Assembly: GCA_038496445.1 (NCBI GenBank)
Contig: JALMLS010000216.1
Location: 434,001-498,000 of the forward strand
Source: Trichosphaerium sp. ATCC 40318
Lineage: Eukaryota > Protista > Tubulinea
DNA length: 64,000 nucleotides
Reading direction: 5' to 3'
Shown here piece after piece: positions 39,755-51,939 of the stretch. Under the pieces are notes generated by a model. The model searched no databases and was not told where the DNA came from. It saw only the letters and a list, made by a program, of their open reading frames with translations. Made by a program: the position numbers and the translations under genes. The first letter of the stretch is position 1. Each line of letters begins with the position of its first letter.

Positions 39755-42700
39755 TTAATTTGTATCCATCTTATCAATTTTTGGTGCATGTAATGAAGGA
39801 GGTATATACCGCTGTGGATTAAGGATATTTGTAACATCAACTTTTTTGACTTGCAAGTCAGCTAAAGAGAAAACCATAAACAAATAATCGAACTGTCAAA
39901 ACTTTTTTTCAAACAACAAGTTCTCTGTAAAACAGCGCCTCTAACGTACCATTATTTGGTTGATTTGAACCTGAAGCTACACGAGATGATATTGACGTAT
40001 TATTTACAGCTTGATGATTCTAAGACAACATATAAGCAAGAACCCCAAACGAGAAAACAAAATGTGAAAGAAATCCAGTTTTAGTTCTACTTATTATTAT
40101 CTCTCTCACCTCTGTTTTTATTGTATTATCCAAAGAATGACCTAATCCACCAACTGCATCTTCCATTTTAATATCACTAGATAAAGGACCTTTAGGTTGT
40201 TTAATCTTCAATGGAGAGTCCTCCTTTTCGTATATTTTCCATTGTTCATTTAGTTCACAACAAGGCCTGTATGCACCTGCGTCCTGAAAGCAAAATTAAT
40301 CAATTACTCTAATAACAATAGACACCAAAAGCGAAGATAACAAACGTAAAAAGTAACTGCCAAACGTCAAAGTAACCAAGTTTTTTTGAGCTGAAATAAA
40401 AGGTTGTTTTTTGGTCGTTCTCCAAAAAATATGAATAAGAGATAATCTAGCGTTCGCACTTTAGGTGGATATTTGAATTCAGGACCAAAATTAGCCTTTA
40501 CAGAACCTCCCATGTACATAGATAAAGCTGGGTAGTACTGGCCATGGTAAATATCCTTAAAAGCCACGCCTTCAAAACAGAAAAGTTAGAACAAAAAAAC
40601 GACCAAAAAAAAACTCCGCGAAAAAAGTCTGACAGCTCGTACCTTTATTCTGACCATTGACGTAAAATACAACCTTCGAACCAGGGTTCTTAATACGCAC
40701 ATCTTTAAAGAATAAGTAAGATGCTATAGAGTGCGAAAATAATCGTAAAAGAAGAGTGAAAAATCAACTTTACCTTTACGCTTTTTACTAGATACTTTAC
40801 CATCCTTACTTTTCTCCCTCTCTTCCTCGTCAAGTTTCATTTGAATCTCTTGTTTGGCTCTTTCAACTTCCTCAATATCCATCTTTGGTAGGTAGATATA
40901 AAACCCTGTTAAGCGAGTTAGACGCCAAGTAATATAAAAAAAAGAACAACAAGCGGTTTTATATCTAATTGGTTTTATGTTTACGTACCGACTACATCTC
41001 CTACACCATATTTTATATCATAATCTATCTTTTCACATGCATGAAATACACCACCAGATGAACGACAGGAGTAAGAATAGGAGTCACACCCAACAGGGCC
41101 CTAAAAAAAAAGTAAGTGTAAAGAAAACCTTGAGGAATGGTACACACCTCTGTGTCACCTTTGAGTGTTGACCAACCACATCGTAATGCAAACTCAGGTA
41201 ATTTACTAGTTTTTTGGCGTTTATCTTGAAGTGGTACAACGATTGGTTTTTCAACTGTAGCTTCAAAATACCTTACGAAAAAAAGAAAATCAGCTGACAT
41301 TTTTTTCTCGCAGTACATAAAACCTGTTCCAAAATAAAATGTATTTTTATAACGTACCACGCTCCGTTTATCACTGGGAAAGAACTACGTGCTACCGAAT
41401 AACCCTTAAATCAAGAATTAACAAAATGAAAAAAAAATAAGAATGGAAAAATGTCAAAATGTGTCAAAGGCATCTAAATATCGACAAATGGCTTAATTGA
41501 CGATTAAACACCGCCCTTGACGTAATATTTATATATCGCAAGTTATAAACAAACACAAATTCTTGATATGCTAGCTCTGATCCCGCGAATGAAAAGCAAA
41601 AAAAAAAAAGAGGAATATCTAATACTCACACGTGGTGTTGTAGCTGTAGTGCCATCTTCAATCTTAACCCAACGATCAGAATTTTCACGAACAAGTTTAA
41701 CCTCTTTAGTTCTTCCAGGCTTATAAAATTTCGAATCCTTCAGAAATGCTTAGAAGAACAAGAAGAAGAAGTAAAACATAAATGATTATTTCTTACCATG
41801 ATAAAGTCTTCAACTATCTGATCTGTTGTTGTACGGCGTACTCTTCCTCTAACAGCATTTGGCTCAACTACATCATATGATGCAGCATCTTCTTCAGAGA
41901 TATAACCGTAATCATCAAAGTTATAGTCATCCTACACAAAACTGTAAGTCCATGCATAGTTTTCCCGCCTTTTAATAAACATACGTAATCCCTACGCTTC
42001 TTGCGTTGTCGCACACCTCTTCGTGGTTCTACTTCCTCTCTATCAGCTGTTCTACGTCCTGAAAGGCGTGTAGCTCTTCTTTTCTTCGATTGAGACTGTC
42101 TACCTGTATTCTTCATCCTCGGCCGGCTATTCAAACATTAACAAAAGTGAAAGATTAAGATGTATAAAAACATACCTTCGTGACGTCAAAGAAGGAGGCT
42201 TTAGTTTCCATGTCTTTAACCCCCAATACCCAGAACCTCTTGAATTACTTTTGAAAACATTTGGATGTGTTGACAATGCACTACGGATAGTATTTTGCCA
42301 TGTAGGTGTTCTTGTTCTTCCATAACATAATTGACTCCATTTTTGATCAATAAAAGGAATGATCTCTTGTTTAAGATGATAGAAATCCCTACATTGCAAC
42401 ACAAGTCAATAACCAAAGATCCTTGCTTGTACACGTATCTAAAACAAAGAGAAACGTACCTCTTGGATTGTAAGTAAAGGTTGTATAGAGCTACTTCAGT
42501 AAGATGAAGCCAAGGCTTAATTGTTCTTGTATAAGATTCTCTCCTTAGAGTTGAGCATTTCTTACACTGAAACTCGTAAAAGTAATCTCCAGCTAGAGGC
42601 GGTATTGTAACAATAGACTTATCAACAACCTCTACAGAACAAGCGTTAATAAAACGTATTTTGTTTTAAAACCGCAAGTTTTCGCGTTTTTCGTCTTTTG

Positions 42701-43426
42701 TTTACGCTTTGGGTGCTTTAAACGTTCCGTACCAAGCGGAAAGTATTTACGGCATCTGTAGCAATTGAGTTCTACGTCACCAGCCATCGTAGAAGCTGCG
42801 TCTTTTCCATAAACAGCTGGCCGTTTTTGTAAGTGCTCTAAGACGAGTTAATCTAACGCTTAACGCGTTCTCATGCTACGGGGAGTGCAGTGACGTACTT
42901 GGTTGCTGAAATACTTGTTTTGTAGGCGTTGGTAGCTGACGGACTGCTGGCATATTTATATTTGTCATTGGTGCTATGGGGTTGCGTACAGACATTCTTT
43001 TGAATTAATTAATTTGTAACTTGTTATAACTCGATATATAGTCACGCACGATGATGAGTGTTCGAATTTAACCTTTTTAAGGGGCGGTTGCTGTAATGGC
43101 GCGGTCGTTGATGTAAAAGTTGGCATATTAACCGACGACGTTATAGTGGGGTGATGTGTTGCTATTGGTTGCGTAGAAATCGTTTTTAATGCATTTGGTG
43201 TAGTATGTATCGGCAGATGCGTTTGAGGTGCTATATTCAATCCATGTAGTGGCTGAAGGCCTGAAAAGGCTGCAGAATTCTGTTTCAAATTTACAGATGT
43301 TGTATTGGCGTCACTGTGAGAAAATATTGGTTGATTCACAGACGTCTGTAGATTAGTGGCGGGAGATTGGACTTCTGGGTTTGCAGGATCTGTAATTGGT
43401 GTTAACCAGCTTGGAACGCCTGACAT
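39755..43426 (-). CDS. ASH2L: Set1/COMPASS subunit ASH2 (PHD-winged helix-SPRY)
   Basis: LAGDYFYEFQCKKC..ESY; ALYNL; FYHLKQEIIPFIDQKW..TWQNTIRSALS; SPRY (YSVARSSFP..YFEATV..RCGW..YGVGDVVG..AFKDIYHGQYYPALSMYMGGSVKANFGPEFKYPP). Confidence 0.92.
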
Positions 43427-43648
43427 TGTTCCCAATACTGTAGATAGCCAATAACCAAGTAATACAGGCAAAACAATAGCTTGAACTTAATAAATCCGCT
43501 AGCACTTAATCTCACGTCGTTGTTGCAGTGCAATTGTCTGCACTATGGTTGTTGTATGACTATTACGTGTACACAGTTGGTGATACTGTTGTTGGTGTTT
43601 TGTAGGCGAAATTTCAGGTTTTTTGCCAGAACTGTTACCACGGATTCA

Positions 43649-46600
43649 ATGAGAAAGCGTTTATCGTATCTACGTAAAATAGAAGAGGAGGCATTATCAA
43701 AGGAAGGCCTTTGGATTTTATCAGAAGGCAATCAAAAACGTTGGCTTTAACGTAACTTGTATTGCAGGTATTGGCCTCAAAATAGTCTTACAACGCGTAT
43801 TGCAGAAGATTCACGGCGATGTAAAGCGAATGAAGAATTGTGTCCTTGTTTTGAACCTAGAGCCAACGAGCTTACCTAATAGTAACACATATCCATCTTT
43901 AGGCGGTGTAGCACCAAAGGAGAGGTACTTTTAAATCACTCCGTTCAACCAATTAAGAAAGCCAACAACGGGGTAGAAAACGCGCTTATTTACAAGGTGG
44001 TGTTGTTTTTGGTACACCGCGTGTATTCATTGTCGATATGTTGAACAAAACAATGCCACTTCATCTAGTAGCAGGATTAATTATATACGATGCTCACAGG
44101 TACAGTTAAAATGATGTTAACTGCTCATTTTTTTTGTAACGTGCACGTTCTTCCATCTCATGTCATTATTAGTTGCACTCATGAGTCTGTGTTATCATTT
44201 ATATTGCGACTATATAGGAGACATAACAAGGTATTGTTAACGAAGCTAAAAAGTGTCAGATAGTCAATTATCACGTGATTTGTTATTTTTTTTTTCGTTT
44301 TTTTTCTTGCTAGTGTTTCTAATTGTGTAGGCTGGTTGGATAAAGGCTTTTTCTGATAAGCCTACTTCTTTTGTTATTGGATATGCTGCTATTGAAAAGA
44401 CAATGCAATCGTTGTTCGTCAAACACTTTTATTTTTGGCCCAGACAGCGAAAGGAAGTAACAGAGTGGTATGTCTTGTACTGTTTTGGATTGTTGCTGAC
44501 CATATTTAATCACAGTTTAAAGAAACATCAACCTGATGTATGTCAAGTTCATGTAGACCTTTCACCTGCAATGGCACTTGTACAAAATGCTATTATTGTA
44601 GTGATGAAAAGTATCTTGAAAGAGCTCAAATCATGTACAAAGAAAGTACGTAGCAGATTAAGTCTTTCGTTGCTGCCTTTAGCTACAATATAACCTTTAA
44701 AGTTTTTGTACATAACCTATAACAATATAGCTAACATGTTATGGCTTCTAGATTGACTTGTCTGATTTGAAAGTAGAAAATGGATTCTTGTATAAATCTT
44801 TCTACAGTATTCTTCATGGTCGTATAAGTCCTATTAGACATACACTATCTAAAAAGACGAGGCAGTTTATTCAAGATCTTGAAAGTCTTCGTAAAGTCCT
44901 AGAGTAAGGTTTTAATCACCCTGGGTTTCGTTAACTTTTATTGTTAAGTCTGTTACTTCGCTATGATTGTGTCACTTTTCTTGAACACCTTGAAATGTGG
45001 CACCGTGTTGAGCTCACTACGAAGAGTGTTGATTGGCTATTGAATGTAAAAGAAGCAGATGACTTATTTAGAGTATGCTTACTTTGTTAATGGTCACGTG
45101 TACTTATTTACTGGTTAGATATCTCAAAAGCGAGTTTATTCTACTATTAAACAAAAAAAACAAAATAAAAGAAAGTCAATCTCGCCACTTGCTCGTGTTG
45201 CCAAAAAGCGACGTAGGAGTGGTGTTAGTAAAGGAAAAGAGGAAGAAGAAGACCCTAACGCAGACGCTCAGCCTGGAAAAAGCAAACCTACCCATCCACT
45301 ACTGGAGCGAAGTAACAGTTACTCAAAAGGAACAAAGGTGTTGCTTTTTTTTGGAAAAGGGTTGTTAACGGTTTATCTTAGACTGACCAGGAACCTTCTT
45401 ATCGGTTGAATTTGGAAGCAAATCCTAAGTGGCAGCTTCTAAAAGACGTACTAGATGAGATAAAGCAAGAAAATAATAGCAAACAGAGTACACTGTCGTG
45501 TAAGAGTAATACTCTAATATCAAGTTTTTAGCTGGAGAACCTGGTGTTGTACTTGTATTAGTTGAAGAAGAACGCACGTGTTTCCAACTAAGAAGATTTC
45601 TAGAAAAGGGAGCAAGATCACTGTTGCTCGAAACATCTCAGAAGTACCTTCATAGAAAGAATAGACAACAGGTTGATTTTGTTCCTGTTGAAAGATATTG
45701 ATTAAATTGTTGTTCAGGTTAAAGTCCAAGTTAGACCACCTATGGGTGGTAAGAAAGGTAGACGTGTTAGTGGAAAAATCATAGCAAATAGAATGGCATT
45801 TAATCATGGTAAAAATACCGAACTCCTTGACTTGATAAGGCTTGAGTAAGTCGAAGTTTTTTTGTTGACGTCTGTTTTACTTTGATTAATACTAAACAAA
45901 AAAGGCAAGGAAAATTGGCATCGTTGAATCCACATCCAATGAATATTGATCTAACAGATGATGAGGGTATGGGAGACGACTTTTTTGAGTATTTTGGATT
46001 ACTACCAGCACCACATATTGTCATACATCCGTTTACGGATGGCTTGGTTTTAGAAGATGTAAGACCAAAGTTTGTCGTTTTATATGACCTTAACTTGAAG
46101 TAAGCAAAGCTTATCTACCTGAAGTACTAACTCTTATCCTTTTAGAGCCCTAAGAGAAATAGAAGTCTACAAAGCATCAAACCCTGGTAATGTATTGTTC
46201 GAAGTTTGTGATTTTAGAGCCAAAGTTTCAATCTTTCCAAGAAAGGAAAACTAAACTTTGATAGGTATGCCTTTACGGTTGTATATGTGCGCATACAACA
46301 ATGGATTTGATGAACAAAGATTTCTTTCAATGATAACACGTGAAGACGAAGCAATTGAGACCTTACAGTATAAATTCTCGGTAAACCTTGTCTCAGCTGT
46401 AAACACTTTTAACATCAACGAGGTAGAATATTGTTCCAACTGAGGAACAAGATGGGAAGAAAGAGCCTTCAAAGTTCATCAAAGATCAAGTATGTACTTC
46501 TAAAAGCAGTATAATCAAACTGTAATATACGTGCTAACAAACGTGATAGGTTCGTGATATTCAGCTTGAGCGTGTTACAAGTTCACGACAAGCAAAGAGA

Positions 46601-47557
46601 TTACGTTCCAGATTTGATAGCGAACCTATCGTTTTAGTGGATGCTCGAGAGTTCCGTAGTAAGCTTCCTGGGCTTTTAGATAAACTTGGCGTCAAAGTAA
46701 TACCTATAACATTAGTTGTTGGGTACGTGGTGGAGCAAAAACTCTACTAAAAGTTATGGTTAACACCAAGATTTTTTATTGTTATTTAGGGATTATATTT
46801 TATCTCCTGATATTGTTGTTGAGAGGAAGTCAATAGATGATCTAATAGGTTCTTTCGGATCTGGTAGATTATTCAAACAAGTCAAACAAATGACAGCAAC
46901 GTATAAACAGGCTATACTGCTAATTGAATTCGACGAGAGACGGTACGATCTCAAAACACAATCAAAAACCCCTTTTGAATTCGTTGGCAACAAATTTTGT
47001 TGTACTTCGTGTTGAATGTGCTGACGTATTTTCTGCTAGTCCCTTTACATTACATGAATACAGGCGAATGAAGGATAATGGAATTGAAGATGGAGACATT
47101 ATTTCTAAGATGGTTTTGTTGACGAAAACATTTCCTTCTCTACGAGTTCTTTGGGCAAAATCTCCTTTAGATGGTGCTCAAATACTACTAGATATAAAGG
47201 TATAGCATAAAAACATGGTCACAATTATCTCATGAACTTTTTAGGAAGGAAAACCAGAGCCTAACGTTGTAGCATCAATGGAAGCTGACGATCAAGCCAA
47301 AACAGAGCAAGCTGATCCTATTGCAATTTTAAGAAAATTTCCTGGTATGTTCATAAATACCTTTGTTCACATTACTGATTAAAATATTTCTAACAGGTGT
47401 AACAAATGGTAACTATAGAAGGCTGATATCACATGTAAATACTCTAGATCAATTATCAACAATGGAAAAAACTCATCTTATTGAAATTATTGGTAAAAAA
47501 AACGGACAGCTCCTGTGGGACTTTTTTAACAAAACGACTGATGTCACTCAGTTCTGA
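43649..47557 (+). CDS. ERCC4: DNA repair endonuclease XPF (Rad1)
   Basis: [19 protein letters not shown]; IKAFSDKP; LLRYDCVTF; LEANPKW; [17 protein letters not shown]; [12 protein letters not shown]; [31 protein letters not shown]; C-terminal HhH. Confidence 0.95.
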
Positions 47558-47961
47558 GACTAAGAATCACTCTACAAATAAAAGTACTTCCCTTTTCATT
47601 ATAATGTGCCGGCCATTTTTATATGCTATACGTTAGCCTACAACACCACGACAAACTACTGAAACAACCACAAAAAACTACAGTATTCCATAAGTGAAAC
47701 ATAAACCTCGCCCTTTGGACCTGAGAATGTGGTTGGAGTTTAAGAAGAATAGCTTGTCACCATGTGCTATACAGTGGTTCGTTTCTATCAGGTTTCTTGT
47801 AATTCACATGAAGACACGTGTTTTCAGTGATATTGAGCCTAATGTTAAATATGTACACAAAACAATCTATGAAAAATAAACGCTGTTACACGATAAAAAA
47901 AGCTCAAACCTGCTCTTTGTGTATAGAAAAAATATCGCATAGAAGCATGTAAAGTCTTGAG

Positions 47962-47990
47962 TACGAGATGCATGATGCATTTCAGACCAA
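47962..47990 (+). promoter_or_regulatory. Conserved upstream motif TACGAGATGCATGATGCATTTCA shared by both TIMP-repeat paralogs
   Basis: Its reverse complement lies at ~56411-56439, upstream of the second copy, while neighbouring sequence is much less similar. Confidence 0.45.
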
Positions 47991-48227
47991 AAAAAGTGTG
48001 AACTAAAAAAGTATTGTTTCATGTGAATGTCTCATGGATCAGGCTTCCCCAACATAACTTGTAATGTTGCGATATCACCCAAAAATTGTAAAACAGCTTT
48101 TTTTATGCGGGTTTTTTAGGGTGAATGATATACCCTCCGTTTTGTGAAACGTGATTGAACCAAGAAAGTCAAAACAGCTGAAAAAAACACTTAAACAAAA
48201 TAGTATTAAACTCAACAACAAACAACA

Positions 48228-50238
48228 ATGCACCTTCTCCTCATTGCTTGTTTAGCCATTGTATTTGTGGCTTTACCAACCAACGCATGTTCATGCTTGC
48301 CTCGAAGTGAAGAAGTGATCTATTGCGAATCAAGCACTGTACTGACAGTCAATGTATTACTCGAGCTCAACGACTTTCCCCTCAATCCATATCAAAGAAG
48401 TTTCTTGGCATTCGTCAAAGAGACACACAAGTTCCCAGGGACACCAACCAACTATGTCAAGATAATAACAGGGTACGCAAACGTAGTGATATAAAACTTT
48501 GGGTTCTCTGACGTTTCAATAGAGCAAACTCTGCAGCATGTGGTTTTAACTTTGATGTCGACTCAACTTCAAGACCAAAAGTACGTTCAGTCGCTTTTTC
48601 TCTTTGCAAACATGCTTGCTTTGTTCTGTACTAATTTGAGATTAATAGGTGTACCTCATTGCAAGTAGCAATGTCGTTAAAACAAATCCTTTCATGTACG
48701 ATGTACACGTGTCAAGTTGTGATATGGATGGGTTTTGTAACGTACCAGACACAGACTGCACAAAGACAAAGAGGTCAATCGAGAATCAGCAGAATTGCGT
48801 GATATGTACTCAACAAATCCCTGAATGCGATCCTGAATGCGAAAACTGCCGAGTCACTCCCCAAACATGCGATGCATGCGCTTCAGCAGAATGTCTGGAT
48901 GATAGATGTGTGATATGTCCTCAAGTCATTCCAGAGTGTGAAGAAGGATGTCAAAATTGTGTCGTCACTCCACAAACATGCGAATCTTGCGCCACAGCTC
49001 AATGTCAAGATGATTGTGTTTTCTGCCCTCAAGTCATTCCAGAGTGTGAACAAGGATGTCAAAACTGCGAAATCACTCCTCAAACATGCGACTCATGCCC
49101 TATCGCTACTTGCAAGGATAAACAACGTCTTACAACTCAAGCCAGCAACTGCGTTCTCTGTCCAGATGTTATTCCACAATGCGACCCTGGATGCGTACAC
49201 TGTGCTATCCGACCACGCACATGTCGCACGTGCGCTTCAGCAGAGTGCCTAGATGATCAATGTGTGGTATGCGCTCAAGTCGTTCCAGAATGCGATCCAG
49301 GCTGTGAAAATTGCGTAATCACTCCACAAACGTGTCAATCATGTGCTACAGCTCAATGCCAAGATGATTGCGTTATTTGCACTCAACAGATTCCAGAGTG
49401 TGAGCAAGGATGCGAAAACTGCGAGATCACTCCTCAAACTTGCGAATCATGCGCTTCCGCAGAATGTAAAGACGATTGCGTTTTCTGCCCTCAAGTGATC
49501 CCAGAATGCGTTGAAGGATGTAAAAACTGTGAAATCACTCCTCAAACATGTGACTCATGCGCTTCTGCGACTTGCCTTGATGATTGCGTATTCTGCACTC
49601 AAGAAGTTCCAACATGTGAAGGCGATTGTGAAAATTGTGTCATCACTCCTCAAACATGCCAATCATGTGCTTCAGCTCAATGTCAAGATGACTGCGTTAT
49701 TTGTACTCAACAGATTCCAGAATGTGATGAAGGATGTCAAACCTGCGAAATTACTCCTCAAACATGTGACTCTTGTGCCATCGCCACTTGCAAAGATAGA
49801 TCAGTATCAACTCAAGCAAGCGATTGTGTTCTATGTCCAGAAGTTGTTCCACAATGCGATCCTGGATGCGAAGACTGTGTTATTCTTCCACAAACATGTC
49901 AAACGTGTCCTTCAGCAGAGTGTCTTGATGATCATTGTGTACTATGCCCTCAAGTCATTCCACAATGCGAACCAGGATGTCAAAACTGTGAGATTACTCC
50001 TCAAACATGCCGATCATGTGCAACTGCTCAATGCCTTGATTGTGTTGTATGTCCACAGGTGATTCCAGAATGCGATGCTGATTGCAAGAACTGTATTGTC
50101 ACTCCACAAACTTGTAACGAATGTGCATCAGCACAATGTTGTGACAACCTCAAGTGTCTTCCTCGAATGCAAGAATGTACAACTGGTTGTACACCAAAAG
50201 GTTGCTGTGGCGGTAGTCAATGTATGCCCTCAGTGTAA
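48228..50238 (+). CDS. Secreted TIMP/NTR-domain protein with 12 eight-Cys (Opy2-like) repeats (copy A)
   Basis: Signal peptide ..TNA|CSCLP..YCES..KETHK..IITG|ANSAACG..YLIA; dibasic TKR site; 12 x CVxC..PxC...CxxC...PQTCxxC....C. Confidence 0.85.
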
Positions 50239-50514
50239 AGTGTAACCAACACAATAAATGCCTTTAGCTGCCTTTCACTTCGTTTACTTGCCTTGCTAGC
50301 CTTTTTAACATATTTTTCTTTGTTGCTTCTTTACTTTCAAGCATGTAGACTTTGCTACAAAATCGCTAAAGATCTGTAATCATTTGTTCTGCTTATGATT
50401 ACTCACATGAGAAATCTCATCGACTTTGAAGTCAAGTACGTATGAGATACAATCAAAGAAAGGAGGTATACTACTTCGTACTGTTTCAAGGAGTTTTTAT
50501 TATTGTTACATTAT

Positions 50515-51606
50515 TTACATTTGAGCAAGTGTTGCTCCCTTTTGAGAATCAACACGAGATGAAAGTCCTTTTACGTTATTGTAATGTCTTACAAACTTTA
50601 ACAAAAGTTTCCTACTACCTTTCTTTTTCTTCTTAGAAATACCTCTTAACCGAGTCAAATCCTTCTTTTTACAAACCTCACCCTTACTCTCACTATCAAC
50701 CTTTTGTGGAGCCCTTTTTTTCTTGTGATACTTCTTCTTCTTCAAAGAAGAATGAATCCCTTTTTGCACTTGTTCATTTATATTTTCTTTATCGTCATCA
50801 CCACGTGATTGTGGAGAAGCTGGAGCTTTCCCCTTTATATCTGTTGTAGTACTATTAAAATACTGCTTTATACTTCTATCCTATAGCAAAAAAAGATTAA
50901 AACGAGTCTTAGCAAGCAAGCTAAAAATCCAAAAGTGGCAAACAACAAAAAAAAAGTAATGCTTCTTTTCTCATACCTTTGTTTGAAGTACGTTGTACTT
51001 AAATTCAGGTAACCGCTTCCCTGCCTTTATAGAATCTAATATCCAATCCGGATGTACGACATGAACGAGCTTCTAAAATCATCAAGAATTAGCCACAAAA
51101 CCACCTGTCAAGGCAACTTTCAAGCCATGTTTTGTTCGATGTTTTTTTTTCTAAGTTGTTTGTTCATAAAACGTGCCTTTGAAGTGCTTTGCATACGGTC
51201 TAGCATCGTTGCAGCTTTAGCAGAGCATAATGCAGTACATACAATGTGTGATGTGTTCTTAATTTTGAAATAAAATCTATTTTGGCGGGTTTTCTTTCAG
51301 TGCACGGTTGTATGAAGGTTAAACGTACTTTACTACGCCGTCGTGCTCTTGTACATGTTTCTTTAAGTGTAGAGCAGATAGAGAATCAGTATAACCAAGA
51401 AAGTAGATAGATACGCCTTTGAATATTTGGCTTTTGCTCTACAAAACTGTCAAAAGTTGTATGGTGGTTATTGTGAATGCCTCTGGCTTGTTTTGATGCT
51501 CAATTTTATGTTCTCTTCGTTTCCAATAATGTTTACGGTTTGTATTAGTTTTGGTGCTTGGAGCCGCGTCAAATCGCTCCCCAGATAGCGATGGTCCATG
51601 AATCAT
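50515..51606 (-). CDS. Stand-alone REV1-type BRCT protein with Lys-rich tail
   Basis: YWKRREHKIEHQ..SQIFKGVSIYFLGYT..LKKHVQEHDG..SHIVCTALCSAK..VHVVHPDWILDSIKAGKRLPEFKY; no polymerase domain; the model needs two GC-AG introns. Confidence 0.8.
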
Positions 51607-51939
51607 GGCTATGTACGTATATGAGCGCTGGATTACTTCAAAAGGGTTCTAGACAAGTGCACGTACTCTAAACTACTAAATCGTGTATGTAGGAGCTGTT
51701 TTAGTGTAACGCGGGAATTCCAAATGAAAAAACGCGACTTCTCGCGAAATGTAATACCAAAGATTGCTGTCTTGTTCCTATAACCTAGTATCACTGGTGT
51801 TCTATTCGCTACTTATGGGCTATTTTTGAGAAGCCTCAAGCAAAAGACGTTTACGAAAAGTAACGAAATTTCTCCGTTTTTGTATTGGCTCGCTTTGAGA
51901 ATGGATGGTTTTGTGGTATTTTTTTGATTTATTCAGTAT

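Noticed and set aside
48938-50062. Long alternative-frame ORFs over the Cys-repeat genes (also 54834-55496)
   Set aside because: Shadow frames produced by the repetitive Cys/Gln codon pattern; no independent signals.
48790-50140. Regular repeats that could suggest a CRISPR-like array (also 8600-9100)
   Set aside because: They are in-frame protein-coding repeats without unique spacers; eukaryotic context and no cas genes.
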